A stretch of DNA of 64,000 bases, from NCBI RefSeq assembly GCF_009914755.1, contig NC_060932.1; one strand, written 5' to 3'. The notes under the pieces were generated by a model, which saw only the letters and a program-made list of their open reading frames with translations, was not told where the DNA came from and ran no database searches. The stretch is from the human T2T-CHM13v2.0 reference genome, Homo sapiens. A program made the position numbers and the translations under genes. Shown here piece by piece: positions 24,612 to 51,756 of this stretch. Numbering within the stretch: position 1 is the stretch's first letter; the number at the start of each line of letters is the position of its first letter.

Positions 24612-25496
24612 TGAGAGGGATCTCAAATCAAAGGTGAGTCTCCTAAACAGCTGCTACTGAGCAGGCAGCTCAGAGCTCCTCCTTTCAGGCTTCAGCTTGT
24701 ACAGATCAGCTTAAAGAGCTAAATGCTTTCATTTGGTTTAGTAAGTAATAATTTTTTCTCAGGTTGTCAGCCTGATGTCTCTAGACATAATCTTCATGCC
24801 CTTATCGGGGAAGTTGGGGATAAGTTTCAGCAATTAAAGCAGCTTATGAGTGTACTCAGCTTTTTATAACTTATTAGGCGCTGGCTCTTTTCATTTTGGT
24901 TCAAGACAAATGCCTCCTTATAAATCACCCCTCGAACTCTAAAGAATGCTAACCATGGAGGATTGCTATAATTAAGCTGATACTGGATCTAGAACAGTGA
25001 GCAAGCAAGGTACTGATTTCTGCCTTGGCCAGTACATCAAAGGAAGCACTGATAAGTGCCTTTCATTTCTTAGGGTCAGGGTTAGACCTTAACCTTTGCA
25101 TAGAGGCTAAGCAGCAAGAAATGTCGTAATTTCATATGATTGAACTCAGTCTCTAAGGCTCCACCTTGTCTCTTTATAGAATAATGTTTCCTATAGCATC
25201 CTGCAAATACTTTAATACTGTTCAGTTATTAGAGGTTATTTTTTTTTAAAGTCTGTCTCCAGCAAGGTCCATATGTTATGCTACTGAGTCACCAAGTTCT
25301 ACCAGACTTTCCTTTTTGTTGTTGTTCTAATTGTTTTCCTTCGAAGTTTGATCTGTCTTCTAATACCTATCTGTGAAGACTTTTCCCTTCTTCCCTCACT
25401 GCTCCATTCTTAAGCTGCCTTATATTTGTTATTTATCCATCCCACTGGGTTGTATCCTTATTTATGCATCCCACTGGGTTGTAAATTACTTGAACA

Positions 25497-26866
<1,370 letters not shown>

Positions 26867-27223
26867 AGCACAGGGACTGTCTTGATTCCTTTTCCATCTC
26901 TTACACTACTAAGCTGACACTCCTGGTGATTTACGTTGAATTTCTAGTATCACAATTCTATTCTAAGTCAATTAACAGTTTGTTTTGGTCTCTGTTTCTT
27001 TATCTGAACTATGAACTTAAGTAGTATTTATTAAATTCTGTAGAACCAGATCAAAGAAAAAATAAATTTGTTTTTAAATCTAGAATAAAACTGGCTCATC
27101 TGAATATAAATGTTCTCTGAATCAAAAGAATTTTTTTTTTTTTGAGACAGGTTCTTGCTCTGCCTCAGCCTCCAGAGTAGCAGGGACTACAGGCATATGC
27201 CACCAAGCCTGGCTAATTGTTAA

Positions 27224-27388
<165 letters not shown>

Positions 27389-28246
27389 TAGTCCTATGCC
27401 AGCTTTTGCCATTTCCCCAGTTGTTCTGCACCTAGTGGAAGGAATCTTTGTATTTAAACTGTTTTGCAAAATGAAGACCTCATCTCTACAAAAAAATTGA
27501 AAAAATAAGCCAGGCTTGGTGGCATGCACCTGTAGTCCCACTTCTTCAGGAGGCTGAGGTGGGAGGATCCCTTAAGCCTAGGAGTCCAGTGCTCCAGTGA
27601 ACTATGATCATGTCAGCCCGGTTGACAGAGCCTGCCTCTAAAACAAATAAAATAAAAAATAAACGATTTTGATCATGCCTCTCCCAGAGCTTATCCTGAC
27701 TCAGCAGCCTCAACAAATTTGCTTTGGGGTTCTAAGATTCTGACTACCTCTGGACTCCCCAGTTTTATTAATATCTTCCCCTAGGAATGGCAGTAACCAC
27801 CGGAAGTTCCAACACCTCCGAACAGTTGCCGCCTTACACATTTTCAGCCCCATTTTGCATCACGGCTCGCTAGTCCAAAGCCCATTTTCTCCATTCTAAA
27901 TCTCTCACTTGTCCTCTGGACTCGCATGCAATAATAAAATGCTTCCAAATACTGTTTTGGTTTTTTTTTTTGTAAATAAACTTTTTATTTTGGAATAAAA
28001 GTTGCAAAATAGGTTAGAGGATAGAGTTCCCATACATCCTTCATCCAGTTTTCCCTCATTGTCAACGTCTTGCCTTGCTAGCTGTGTTACATAAATGTTT
28101 CCAAATATTCTTATCCTTTTCCTTGAATAGTTGATTTTGCTCTTCTCCTTTTTCTGTAACTAGGCTTTTCCTTGATGAATACATGCCCCTCCCCCCCACC
28201 TTTTTTTTTGAGACAGGGTTGCTCTGTTGCCTGGGCTGGAGTGTAG

Positions 28247-28480
<234 letters not shown>

Positions 28481-28511
28481 TAGCTGTGAGCCACTGAGCC
28501 CAGCTGAATAC

Positions 28512-28618
28512 CCTGTCCTGTCCCGTCCCGTCCTGTCCCGTCCCATCCCATCTTGTCCTGTCCTGTCCTTTCCTTTCCTTGTCCTGTCCTTGTCCTGTCC
28601 TTTTTTGTCCTGTCCTTT
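28512..28618. repeat. Interrupted pentanucleotide repeat (CCTGT/CCCGT/CCTTT)n, i.e. ACAGG/ACGGG/AAAGG on the - strand
   Basis: Read directly; about 20 degenerate 5-mers attached to a partial Alu. Confidence 0.9.
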
Positions 28619-28814
28619 ACAGGCACATGCCACCACACCCAGCTCAGTTTTGTATTTTTAGTAGACACGGGATTTCACTGTGTTGGCCAGGCTTGTCTCG
28701 AACTCCTGACCTTAAGTGATCCGCCTGCCTTGGCCTCCCAAAGTGCCGGGATTACAGACATGAGCCACTGTGCCCAGCTGAATACCGTTTTCTTAGAATT
28801 ATCTCAGGTTGTGA

Positions 28815-29470
<656 letters not shown>

Positions 29471-29883
29471 CAGTCATTTTTTTTAAATCAGTGTTACATC
29501 TTGGAGTGTCTTTAACTTAATTTCCCAACACAATTGATTATTAATATCAGCATCATCATAAGACTTGTTTACAATGAGTTAGTTGAATCTTCCCAACAAT
29601 ATTAGTGTTATTTCATCTCATAGTACAATAGTAGATATAACCTGAAATGTAAGAGTCAAAGATACTGGCACATTACTAGAGTCCTACTCAGTCATAAATA
29701 ATTAGTCCAGATTATCATCATACTGCATGATTAAAGTGTCTCCCAGATATGTGCCACTTAGGTTTGCAGGCTTCCATTCTACATTGTCAGGTTTCAAAAG
29801 CAGGAGTCCTCTCAGTAACATGGCTTTACCCCTTTAGGCATCCCATTTAGTTGAGCTAACAAACAATATCACATCTTGCTCTA

Positions 29884-32130
<2,247 letters not shown>

Positions 32131-33098
32131 CAACATGTCCTGCTTGCTTGCTTTAAAAAAAAAAAAAATTGAGGTGAAATAGGTGAGGTTTAGTGGCTCG
32201 TGTCTGTAATCCCAGCACTTTGGGAGGCCAAGGCAGGTGGATTGCTTGAGCTCAGGAATATGAGACCAGCCTGGGCAACATGGTGAAACCCCCATCTCTA
32301 TAAAAAATAGAAAAATTAGCTGGGCGTGGTGGTACATGCCTGTAGTCCCAGGTACTTGGGGGGCTGAGGTAAGAGGATCTCTAGTTTAAAAACATTTTCA
32401 TCACCCCATAAAAACACCCCATGCCCATTAAATAATCATTCCTTATTCACACCTTCTCCTAATTTCTGGTAACATCTAATTTGCTTTTTGTCTCTACTGA
32501 TTTGTCTATTTTGCCTATATTGTAGAGTAATTTTAAAATGTGTGACCTTTTGTGTTTAGCTTACTTCACTGAACATGTTTTCAAGGTTTATCTGTGTTGT
32601 AGCATATATTAATACTTTTTTCCTTTTTGTGGCTGTATAATATTCCATTGTATTTATTCCACGATTTGTTGATCCTTTCACTTGTTGATAAACATTTGGG
32701 CTGTTCTCACATTTTGACTATTGTGAATAATGCTGCTGTAAACATTCCTGAACAAGTATTTGTTTAAGTTCCCATTTTCAGTTCTTTTTGATATATACCT
32801 AGGAGTGAAATTACAGGGTCATATAGTAGTTCTGTGTTTAACGTTTAGAGGAACCACCAAGCTGTTTTGCCCAGTGGCCAAGCATCATTTTACATTCCTA
32901 CCAGTAATGCAGAAGTTTTCAGTTTCTCCAAACAATTGCCAACAATTGCTATTTTCTGTTTTTTTACTTTTTTTTTTTTTTTTTTTTTTGAGACAGAGTC
33001 TTGCTCTCTCACCCAGGCTGGCGTGCAGTGACACGATCTTGGCTTACTGCAGCCTCCACCTCCTAAGTTCAAGAGATTGTCCTGTCTCAGCGTCCTGA

Positions 33099-33626
<528 letters not shown>

Positions 33627-35202
33627 TGAAGTATCTCATTGTGGTTTTGACTTGCGTTTCTTAATGACCAGTGATGTTGAACATCCTTCATGTGCTTGTT
33701 GCTCGTTTGTGTCATTCAAATCCTTTGCCCATTTAAATTGGGCTATTTGTCGTTTTGTTGTTGAGTCGTAGGAGTTTTTAAAATATTCTGGAAACTATAC
33801 TCTTATCTGATGTATGATTTACAAATATCTCCCCCCATTCTTTAGATTTTCACTTGCTTGATAATGGTCTCTGCTGCACGAAAATTTTAAATTTTGATAA
33901 CATGCAATTTATCTATTGTATCTTTTGTTCCTTATGGTTTTGGTGCTCAATCTAAGAATTCATTGCCAAATCCAAGGTCATAAAAGCTTGTCCCCTGTTT
34001 TTTTTTTCTAACAATGTTATACTTTTTAACTCTTACATATAAGTCACTGATTTGAGTTATACAAAGTGAGGTAAGGGTCCAGTTTTATTCTTTCGCATCT
34101 GGATATCTACTTGTCATAGCACCATTCGTTGAGAGAATTCCCCATTGAGAAATCTTGGCACCCTACTTGAAAATCAATTGTCATGGATGTTTGGGTTTAT
34201 TTCTGGACTGCTAATTCTATTCCATTGGTCTGTGCATCTCATTTTATGCCAGTAACACACTGTTTTGATTATTGTTGCTTTGTAATAAGTTTTGAAATTG
34301 GAGAGTGTGAGTCTTCCAACTTTATTTTTCTTTTTCAGTATTGTTTTTGCTATTCAGTGCCCCCTTGGAATTGTATATGAATTTGAGAGAAGGTTTTTTT
34401 GTTTCTGCGAAAAAAGGCCATTGAAACTTTCATAGGGATTGTATTGAATATCTAGATTACTTTGAAGAGTATTGTCATCTTAACAATACTGTCTTCCAGC
34501 ATATGGACACAGGATGTCTTTCTATTTATTTAGATCTTTTTAAATTTCTTTCAGCAGTGTTTTGTAGTTTCCATGTATAAGTCTTTACCTGTTTGGTTGA
34601 AGTTTATTCCTAGCTATTTTATTCTTTTGGATGCTATTGTAAATGGAATAGTTTTAATTTCATTTTTGGGTTGTTCATTGCTGGCATATAGAAACACAAC
34701 TGTTTTTATGTGTTGATCATGTACCCTGTAACTTTTCTGAATGTGGTTATGAGCTCTAGTCGTTTTTTTTTTTTTTTTTTTTTAATTCTTTGGGATTTTC
34801 TAGATACAGAATAATGTCATTTGCTTATGGGAATGGAGTCTTCTTTCTTTTCAGTTTGAATTCTTTTTATTTCCTTTTCTTTCTTAATTTGCTTAGTTTA
34901 TTTCCTTTTCTTCCTTAATTGTTATGGCTAGGATTTCTATTATGGTATTGAATAGCAGTGCTAAAATCAGGCATCTTTGTCTTTTTCCTGATAGTAGAGG
35001 CAAAGGTTTCAGTTTTTCACCATTGTATATGATGTTAGCTGTGAGTTTTTAATAAATTTCCTTTATCATGTTAAGAAAGTTTCTGCTCCTAATTTGCTGA
35101 GTATTTTTATAATGAAAGTGTGTTGGATTTTATCAGATGATTTTTCTGCATATTAACTTTTAACAGTCTTGTTCAGATTAATACCAAATTAATTTTAATA
35201 GT

Positions 35203-35641
35203 TGTGTCAGGCCATTCTTGCATTGCTGTAACAAGATACCTGAGACTGGATAATTTATAAAGAAAAGAGGTTTAATTGGCTCATGGTTCTGCAGGCTTTA
35301 CACGAAGCATAATGCTGGCATCCACTCAGCTGCTAGGGAGGCCTCAGGAAGCTTACAGTCATGGTGGAAGGTGAAGCAGAAGCAGGCACTTCACATGGTG
35401 AAAGCAGGAGTAAATGAGAGAGAGAGAAAGTGAGAGAGAAGAAGAGGTGGTACACATTTTAAGTGACCAAATCTTTGTGTAAACTCAAAGCAAGAGCTCA
35501 CTTATCACCAGGGGATGGCCCAAGCCATTCCTGAGGGATCTGCTCCTATAATCGAAACACCTCCCACCATGCCCCACCTCCAGTATTGGGAATTACATGT
35601 CAACATGAGATTTGGCAGGGACACACATTCAGACTGTAGCA
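35203..35641 (-). mobile_element. MST (MSTA/B) MaLR solo LTR
   Basis: TG...CA ends with an exact 5-bp TSD ATAGT (35198-35202, 35642-35646); motif aagaaaagaggtttaattggctcatggttctgcaggc. Confidence 0.9.
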
Positions 35642-35704
35642 ATAGTATATAGAAACTTTGTTCCTGTATAGTTCTATTCTCTCCCACTTTCTTGGTGCTA
35701 ATTC

Positions 35705-35865
35705 TGTATTAGCATTCCCCAGAGAAACTGGACTGATAGGGTGTGAGCATGTGTATAGATTTATTTTAACAAATAGGCTTACACAGTTATGGAGGCTGGC
35801 AAGTTCAAAATCTGCAGGATGAACCAATAGGCTGGAGACCCAGGGGATAGCTGATGTTGCAGGTC
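35705..35865 (-). mobile_element. MLT2 (ERV-L) LTR fragment
   Basis: tgtattag..cagagaaac and ttatggaggctggcaagttcaaaatctgcagg..aggctggagacccaggg. Confidence 0.7.
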
Positions 35866-36387
35866 AGCTTTGAGTTTATCCTGCTTGGTGTCCCTTAGGC
35901 TTTGGGGATGTGTCCGTTAATGTTTTTCCTGAAATTTGGGAAATTTTTGTGTTAATTATTTACTCAGATATTCTTTTTGCCCCTTCCTCTTGTTCTTCTC
36001 CTTTTGAGACAGCAAATATTTATATGATGGTGTGTTTGTTGGTATCTCCCAGGTTTCAGAGGCTGTCTTCATTTTTCTTTCTTATTTCTTTTTCTTATAC
36101 TGGATATAATCTCAACTGACATCGTTTCTGGTTTCCTAATTATTTCTTCTGCTTGCTCAAATCTGCTGTTAAGCACCTCTAGTAAATTTTTCATTGCAGT
36201 TACCATAGTTTCTCACTCCTGAATTTCTATTTGGTTCTTTCTTGTAATTTCTGTGCCTTTATTGATAGTCTTTATTTGGTGAGACACGTTCTCATACTTT
36301 CGTTAAGGTCTTAAGACATGGTTTCCTTTAGTTCTTTGAACAATATTTAAAATAGTTGATATAGCCGGGCGTGGTGGCTCACGCCTA

Positions 36388-37095
<708 letters not shown>

Positions 37096-37570
37096 CTACA
37101 GAGCGAGACTCTGTCTCAAAAAAATAAAAATAAAAAATAAAAAGTTCTGACCTACAGAGGATTCAGATAATTGATCAGACACATTTAAAAGTAACTTTTA
37201 GCCAAGGTAGGAGGATAGCTTGAGGCCAGGAGTCTGCAACCAGCCTGCTCAACATAGTGAGATCTCGTCTCTACAAAAAAGAAATTAAAATTTTTAATTT
37301 CTATTTTTTTTTGTTTTCTATTTTATTTTCTTTAATTTCTAAAGCCCGAGGAGTTCAAGGTTGCAGTGAGCCATGATCGCATTACTGCACTCCCTCTTTC
37401 AACAGAGCGAGACCCTGTTGCAAATAAAAATAAAAATGACTTTTACCTAAATTCTTCAAAGAGATGAAATACAACATTAAGAATTTTAACAAAGAATTAG
37501 AAAGCATGAAAAAAATTGGAATTTTTAGAAATGAAAACTACAGTAACTGAAATTAAACTCAGTACATGGG

Positions 37571-37908
37571 TGTATTAGTTTGCTACAAATGACATAACAA
37601 AGTACCAGCAACTGGCTTACACAACAGAAATTTATTTCCTCACAGTTTCGGAAGTCAGAAATCCAAGCTCAAAGAATTGGCAGAGTCGGTTTCTTTTGGG
37701 GGCCTTGGTCTTCCTTGTGTCTGTGTCCTCATCTCCTCTTCTTATGAGGACATCAGTCATATTGGATTAGGGCCCACCCCCATGACCTCATTTAACCTTA
37801 AGTACCTCTTTTAAGATCTTATGTGTAAAAAACAGTCACATTCTGAGGTACTGGGGGTTAGGACTTCAACATATGAATGTTGCGGAGGGCATAATTCATC
37901 CCCTAACA
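37571..37908 (-). mobile_element. MLT1A-like solo LTR
   Basis: tgtattagtttgct...ccctaaca; near-TSD ATGGG/ATGGA. Confidence 0.85.
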
Positions 37909-39252
37909 ATGGATAACAGTAGCTTAGATATAGCTGAGGCTGGAAAGAGTCAACTGAAAGATAGGTGAGCAGAAAATAATCAAACTAGCCTGTAATCGCA
38001 GCATTTTGGGAGGCTGAGGCAGGTGGATCACTTATGAAGTCAGGTGTTCAAGACTGGCCAACATGGTGAAACCCCATCTCTACTAAAAATACAAAAATTA
38101 GCCAGGTGTGGTGCTGCGCCCCTGTAATCCCAGCTTCTCAGGAGGCTGAGTCACGAGAACAGCTTGAACCTGGGAGGCAGGCAGAGGTTATAGTGAGCTG
38201 AGATTGTGCCACTGCACTCCAGCCTGGGCTTACACAGTGAGACTCTGTCTCTCAAAAACAAAAATAAAAATAATCAAACTGTAACAGGCCAATAGATAGG
38301 AGGTTAAAATATAATATGTACATAAGAAGTGGCTCAGAAGGAGGTTAAAGAAGGCAGAAACATCTGAAAAGACGATGGTGAGGAATGTTCCAAAACTGTT
38401 AGAAGACCCCAAACCATAGATTCAGAAAGCCCAACACATCTCAAGCAGGATTTATAAAAAGAAAAGCACATCTAGGCACATTATAACACTGTTGAGGGTA
38501 AAGATAAATATATATATAGTAAGAACAGTCAAGGAAAAATTAAAAAGAGGTTCCTTCAAAGGATCAATATGGACTAATAGCTAACATCAAAATAAACAGC
38601 GTAAGCCACAAGATAATAATATAATAGCTACAAAGCACTAAAAGAAAGTAACTGCCAGCATAGCTTCAGTCTCATAGCCACTGAAAATAACTTTCACTAG
38701 TGAAGGTGAAAAAAGACATTGCATGGCAAATAAAAAATAGACTGTCACCAGCTGACTTACACTGAAGGAAAATATAAAAAGCATTATTCAGCTAGAAGGA
38801 ACATGATCCCAGATAGAAGTTTAGAAATGGTTAAAGGAATAAGTAACAATATAAGTGACCATTATGAAGGTAAATTTAAATCTATTCCATCTAAAACAAG
38901 AAAAAAATGTCATGTGGCTATATATTTGTCTGTGCATATAATTTGAAATTTATGACAACAGTGCATATATCAGGAAGAAGTAAATGATGTCCTGATATTC
39001 ATAGGTCTTTGAATTGTTGAGGAAAAGGTAAAAGTACTCATTTACGTTACACTTTGATATGCTATAGATGTTGTACTCTCTAGGGTAACTACGAAAGGAA
39101 GAATAAAAGAGTGTATAACTATCAAGATATGAGAGGAAAAAACAAAATAAATTTAATGTAAGAAGAATACAGGTAAATAAACAGGATCAACAGCAAGCAA
39201 TACCTAAGTCTTGAAAACATGCTGTGTGAATGAAGCCAGTCACAAAAGATCA

Positions 39253-39552
<300 letters not shown>

Positions 39553-40103
39553 TCAAAAAACAAACAAAAAAAATGTTTCTGAACATTTATAAGAAATGTT
39601 CAGAACACGAACATCTATAGAAACCAGAAGGTTAGTGGTTGCCTGGGGCTGGGGTCGAGGAGGGAACTGGAGTATGGATAGGGTGATAATTACTCAAAAG
39701 TATGAGGTTTCTTTGTGAGGTGATGAAAATGTTATAAAATTGACTATGGTGGTGGTTACACATGTAGGAATATAATAAAAAACCTTAATTCGGTGAATTG
39801 TAGCATATGAATTATAGCTCAGATTCACAGAGGCAGATGATTAGTGGTTTCCAGAGAATAAGGAGGAAGGGCAAGAATGAGGAGGAACTACTAATGGGTA
39901 CAGAGTTTTTTTGTGTTTTTTTTTTTTTGGACACAGTTTTTTCACTCGTTGCCCAGGCTGGATGGAGTGCAGTGGTAGGATCTCAGCTCACTGCAACCTC
40001 CGCCTTGTGGGTTCAAGCAATTCTTGTGCCTCAGCCTCCTGAGTAGCTTGGATTACAGGCACCCACCACCACACCTGGGTAATTTTTTGTATTTTTAGTA
40101 TAG

Positions 40104-40568
<465 letters not shown>

Positions 40569-41481
40569 TCAGGCTGTTGGGTCAAGTTGGGTCAAGCCCA
40601 ACTGTCTCCAACTCCTGGGCTTAGGTGATTCTCTTACCTCAGCCTCCCAAAGCACTGGGATTACAGGTATAAGCTACTGTGCCTGGCAAGATTATTGTAA
40701 ATTAAGATGTTAATTTTAGCCAGGTGCGGTGGCTCACACCTGTAATCCCAGCACTTTGGGAGGCCAAGGCAGGCAGATCATGAGGTCAGGAGTTCGAGAC
40801 CAGCCTGGCCAACATAGTGAAACCTCATCTCTGCTAAAAATTCAAAAATTAGGTGGGCGTGGTGGCGGGCACCTGTAATCCCAGCTACTCAGGAGGCTGA
40901 GGCAGGGAAATCACTTGAACCCAGGAGATGGAGGTTGCAGCGAGCCAACATTGTGCCACTGCACTCTAGCCTGGGTGACAGAGTGAGACTCTTGTCTCAA
41001 AAAAAAAAAAAAAAATGTCAATTTTAATCCCCAAAAGGACCACTAAGAAAATAACTCCAAGATATATAGTAAAAAAGAGAATTATAACAGTAACTGGAAA
41101 ATAGCTATTTAATACAAAATACGGAGTAATGGAAAAATAGAAGAATGACAAAGATGTAAGGGATAGAAGAACAAATAGCAAAAAGGTAGATGTAAAGATC
41201 ACCTTATTAATAATTACATTAAGTGTAACTGAACTCAACACTCAAAAGATAGTGGTTGACAGTACAAATTCAAAGAAAAATGTGGTAGACGTGGTGGTCA
41301 TGTCTGTAGTCCTATTTATTTTTTCTTGAGACAGGATCTCTGTTGCTCATGCTAGAGTGCAGTGGTGTGATCATAGCTCACTGCAGCCTCAAGCTCCTGG
41401 TCTCAAGCAATCTTTCTGCCTAGTATAGCTATACTGTAACCAAAAGAAATGAAATAGCTATATTAATATCAGACAAAATAG

Positions 41482-41676
<195 letters not shown>

Positions 41677-43505
41677 TAGTAGAGGCAGTGTTTCACCATG
41701 TTGGCCAGGCTAGTCTGGAACTTCTGGCTTCAAGTGATCCACCTGCCTCTGCCTCCCAAAGTGGTGGGATTACAGGCGTGAGCCACTGTGCCCGGCCTCA
41801 GACAAAACAGACTTTTAGATAACACTTGTAAGTAGAGACAAGGAGTGACATATTACAATAGCAAAAGAGTCAATCCATGAGAAAGACATAACAATTACAA
41901 TATATGTGCACCTAACAGTAGAGACCCAAAAACAGAGGAAACAAAAACTAATATAATTAAAGGGAGAAATAGGCAATTCAGCAATAGTTTGAGACTTCAA
42001 AACTTTATTTTCAGTCTTAGATATAATAATTAGATGTAAGATCAACAAGGAAATGGAAGATTTGCACAACACTGTAGTCTGACTATACCTAACAGACATC
42101 TATAAAACACTCCACCCAGCAACCACATACACATTCTTCTTAATGTACGTGGCACTCTTCTCCATGATAGGCTATAAAACAAGGCTCAATACATTTAAAA
42201 ATGACTTTAATCTTTCAAAATACATTCTCAACCCACAATAGAATGAAATTTGAAATAAAGGAAATTTGGGAAATTCACAAATACATGGAAATTAAACAAG
42301 ACTGGCTCCAAAATAACCAGTGGCTCAAAGAAGAAATTAAAAGGAAATTAGGAAATACTTGGGAGATGACTGAAAACAAAAATACAACATATCAAAATTT
42401 ATGGATGTAAGTAAAACAGTACTTAGAGGAAAATTTATTATAAACAACGTATTTTAAAATAAGAAGAATCTAAAAACAAACCAGCTTCCACCTTAAGGAA
42501 CCAGAAAAGAACAACAGACTAAACCCAAAACAAGGAGAAGGAAGGAAATAATAGACATTAGAGAGCTGGGTGCAGTGGCTCATGCTTGTAGTTACAGGTA
42601 CTCCGGAGGCTGCAGTGGGAGATCACTTGAGCCCAGGAGTTCAAGACCTGCTTGGGTAACATAGTGAGACCCTGTCTCTAAAAATAATATTAGTAGATAT
42701 TAGAGCATAAATAAATGAAATGGAGACTAGAAAAACAATAGAATCAATGAAGCCAAAAGTTGGTTCTTTGAGGAGATAAAGTTGACAACCTTTAGTTTAG
42801 ACCATTTATGAAAAATAGAAGAATCTGATAACTAAGATCAGGAATGAGAGCGGTAACATTGCCACTGACCTAACAGAAATACAGGGATTATAAGAGAATA
42901 ATGTGAACAACTATGTACCAACAAATTAGATGCCCTAAATGGACACATCCCTGGAAATACAGAAAATACTGAAATTTCAGAATTAGACCTTATATTTAAA
43001 TAAGAAACCAGTTTTGTTTTGCTTTGTTTTTACAAACTTCCCCCAAAATAGGAGGAACACTTCCCTCCTTATACTATGAAGTCAGTATTACTCTGATACC
43101 AAAGCCAAACAAAGCCATCTCAAGAAAACTGCAGAAGGATCCAGACTGGAAAAGAAGTAGAACAATGAAAAGAACTTACATTAGAAAATCCTGAAGAGTA
43201 CACACACACACACAATTAGAGCTAATAAATGAGGGCAGCAAGGTTGAAGATACAAGATCAGTATATAATAATCAGTTGTATTTCTGTACACTAGAATGAT
43301 CAATCCAAAAATGGAATTCAGAAAACAATTTATGATTGCATAAAAATAAGCTATGTAGGAAAAATTTTTAACAAAAAAGATACTAGGCCAGGCACAGTGG
43401 CACACACCTGTAATCCCAGCACTTTGGGAGGCTGAGGCGGGTGGATCACCTGAGGTCAGGAGTTTGGACCAGCCTGACTAACATGGTGAAACCCTGTCTC
43501 TACTA

Positions 43506-43667
<162 letters not shown>

Positions 43668-43705
43668 TCAAAAAAAAAATTAATAATAAATAAATAATAA
43701 TACTA

Positions 43706-43996
<291 letters not shown>

Positions 43997-44410
43997 CTAC
44001 AGCCTGTGTGACAAGAGCGAGACTCCATCTCAAAAAAAAAAAGAAATTGAAGATCTAAATAAAAGGAGAGACAACTCATGTTTATGGATTGGAAGACAAT
44101 ATTGTTAAGATGCAATATTGAGAAGATTGGGAAGGAGAAAAGAAAACTATCTTTGCAGTTTGTGTGATTATGTAGAAAATCCCAGGGAACCAACAACAAC
44201 GACAACACAAACCTGCCAGAACTAGTAAGCAAGAATTGCAAGGTTGCAGGATACACAGTTATTACACAAAAGTCAATCACTTAAAAGTCAGTTCCTTTCC
44301 TGTGTGCTAGCAATGAACAATTGGAATTTGGAATTAAAAACATTAATGGCCAGGTGGGGTGGCTCACGCCTGTAATCTTAGCACTTTAGAAGACCGAGGT
44401 GGGCGGATCA

Positions 44411-44626
<216 letters not shown>

Positions 44627-45336
44627 TCAAAAATAAATAAATAAATAAATAAATAAATAACAACATTTATGCATTAGCAGAAAACAATGGAGTACTTTGG
44701 GTTTAACTCTCCAAATGTGAATCTACAAATGTAACAAGATCCATTGCAAAAGTAACATTTTTTTTTGCAGGAGTGGATAAGCAGATACTCAAATTCATAT
44801 GGAAATGCAAAAACATAGAATAGTCAAGAACATCTTTAAAAAATACACTCACAGTTTCTAATTTCAGAACTTGTTACAGAGATAAACAAGACAGTGTGGT
44901 CAGTAGCATTGAGATAGACTCAAATCAGTGAAGTAAAAATGAGAGTCCAAAAATAAACCCATGGGCCTATGGCCGGTTAACTGATTTTCAGCAAGTTTGC
45001 CATTCGGTGGGGGAAAGAGTAATGTTTTCAAGAAATGGTACTGGGACTACTGGATATCCACATACACAAGAATGACATTGAAGCTCTTCTTTACACAGTA
45101 TACAAAAAGTAACTCCAAATGGATCAAAGACCTAAATGTAAGAATTAAAACTATAAAACTGGCCAAGTGTGGTGGCTCATGCCTGTAATCCCAGCACTTT
45201 GGGAGGCCGAGGTGGGCAGATCACGAGATCAGGAGATGGAGACCATCCTGGGCAACATGGTGAAACCCCATCTCTACTAAAAATACAAAAAAATTAGCTG
45301 GGCGTGGTGGTCCGCGCCTGTAATCCCAGCTACTCA

Positions 45337-45708
<372 letters not shown>

Positions 45709-45861
45709 TCAAGAAAAACACAACCCAATTTTAAAATGGGCAAACATTTTGACTAGACATTTCTTCAAAGAGTATATACAAATAGTAAACACATGAAAAG
45801 AAGCTAAATATCATTTGTCATTAGGGAATTGGGAATCAAAGCCATGAGATGCCACTTCACA

Positions 45862-50465
<4,604 letters not shown>

Positions 50466-51284
50466 CATACAGACACACAATGAGGTACCATATCGTATGC
50501 ACGAGGATATCTAAAATTTAAAAGAGGCCAGGTATGATGGCTCATGCCTGTAATCCCAGCTCTTTGTGAGGTCAAGGTGGGAGGATTGCTTGAGCCCAGG
50601 AGTTTGAGACTGCCTGGGCCACATAGGGAGACCCCTATCTCTACAAAAATAAAAAATGAAAATAAATTATCTGGTCATGATGGTACACATCTGTGGTCCC
50701 AGCTACTCAAGAGGCTGAAGTGGGAAGATGACTTGAGCCTGGGAGGTCAAGGCTGCAGTGAGCCGTGATTGTGCCGCTGCACTCCAGCCTTGGTGACAGA
50801 GTAAGACCCTTTTAAAGAAAAGATTAAAATAAAATTTAAAAGACAAGTAATAAAAGTCTTGTCCAGGACATGGAGAAATTGGAAACTTCATAGATTGCTA
50901 ATGGGATTGTAAAATAAAATAATGCAGCTACTTTGGAAAACAGTTGGGCAGTTCCTTAAAAAGTTAAGCATGCCGGGCTTAGAGGTGCAAGCCTGTGGTC
51001 CCAGCTACTCTTAAAGATAAGGTGGAAGAGTCACTTGAACCCGGGAGTTTAAGGCTATAGTGTGTGAGGATCACACCTGTGAATAGCCACAATACTCCAG
51101 CCAGGGCAACATAGACTCCATATGTAAAATAAAATAAAAATCAAAGTTAAACAGATTTACCACATGACCCAAGAATTCTAGTCCTAGGTATGTACCCAAG
51201 AAAATTGAAAACATTGTGTACCCAAGAAAATTGAAAACATAAGTCCACACAAAAACTTATACACAAATGTTCGTAGCAACATTA

Positions 51285-51756
<472 letters not shown>

